From: Kudoa neothunni
Taxonomy: Eukaryota > Animalia > Cnidaria
Assembly (NCBI GenBank): GCA_964304625.1
Contig: OZ199840.1
Span: forward strand, 5,693,200 to 5,757,199
Direction of reading: 5' to 3'
DNA length: 64,000 bases
Shown here: piece by piece, positions 63,766-64,000 of the stretch
Layout of the letters: each line of letters starts with the position of its first letter
How positions within the stretch are numbered: the first letter of the stretch is position 1
Translations under genes and position numbers: made by a program
The notes under the pieces: generated by a model
What the model saw: only the letters and a program-made list of their open reading frames with translations
The model's database searches: none
What the model was told of the DNA's origin: nothing

Positions 63766-64000
63766 CTCTATACCAAATATTATACACAGAATTGTATTTA
63801 ACAGTGACTGACAAATGAGTTGTTTAAATAAATTACTAGACTATAAAAAATACAACCTAAATTTTTATTCTATCGTTTTATTAATGATATCAAAGTTTCA
63901 AAAAAATCAGAATTTTAAAGTTAATACAGATAAGTCATGTTTTTATGCCAATATCTCACCAAATCTTAATGTGTTAATTTAAAATTTGTTGGAGAAATTA

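Noticed and set aside
1-64000. Non-standard genetic code suggested by many short broken ORFs
   Set aside because: All seven host genes splice into stop-free frames under the standard code and use TAA, TAG and TGA as stops; the broken ORFs are introns or transposon decay.
1-64000. CRISPR array, prokaryotic operon or defence system
   Set aside because: No regularly spaced repeats; genes carry spliceosomal introns; the IS-like transposases belong to eukaryotic ITm and Merlin groups.

Overview
AT-rich eukaryotic nuclear DNA, most likely from an animal with a compact gene style. A reduced parasite such as a myxozoan or orthonectid would fit, but that is inference only. By hand-splicing GT-AG introns I reconstructed seven complete, stop-free host genes: C19orf53/UPF0390-like (not recovered by the ORF track), LYSMD3/4-like, a claudin/PMP22-like tetraspan, an acidic type I membrane protein, an m-AAA protease (AFG3L2/SPG7-like), GAK/auxilin, and an orphan with a C-terminal SUMO-interacting motif. 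Of their 33 introns, 26 are only 40-59 nt. The rest of the window is a nested graveyard of decayed transposons: Ty3/Gypsy, piggyBac, pogo/Tigger, IS630/Tc1-like (three copies), hAT, Merlin, Helitron, a tRNA-derived SINE and MITEs. There is no CRISPR array, rRNA gene or convincing intact tRNA. The best leads are: (1) a co-oriented gene pair only 69 bp apart with a hairpin at the downstream start (possible operon or trans-splicing); (2) an unexplained GC-rich structured-RNA-like island just downstream of that pair; (3) host-sized spliceosomal introns inside the Merlin and pogo transposase genes; (4) a Gypsy element with ~60-bp LTR-like repeats and a doubled gag-protease module; (5) a G4-bearing SINE inserted into a tRNA-like module; (6) GAK with its PTEN P-loop erased at a transposon-inflated intron. 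None is proven to be a new system.
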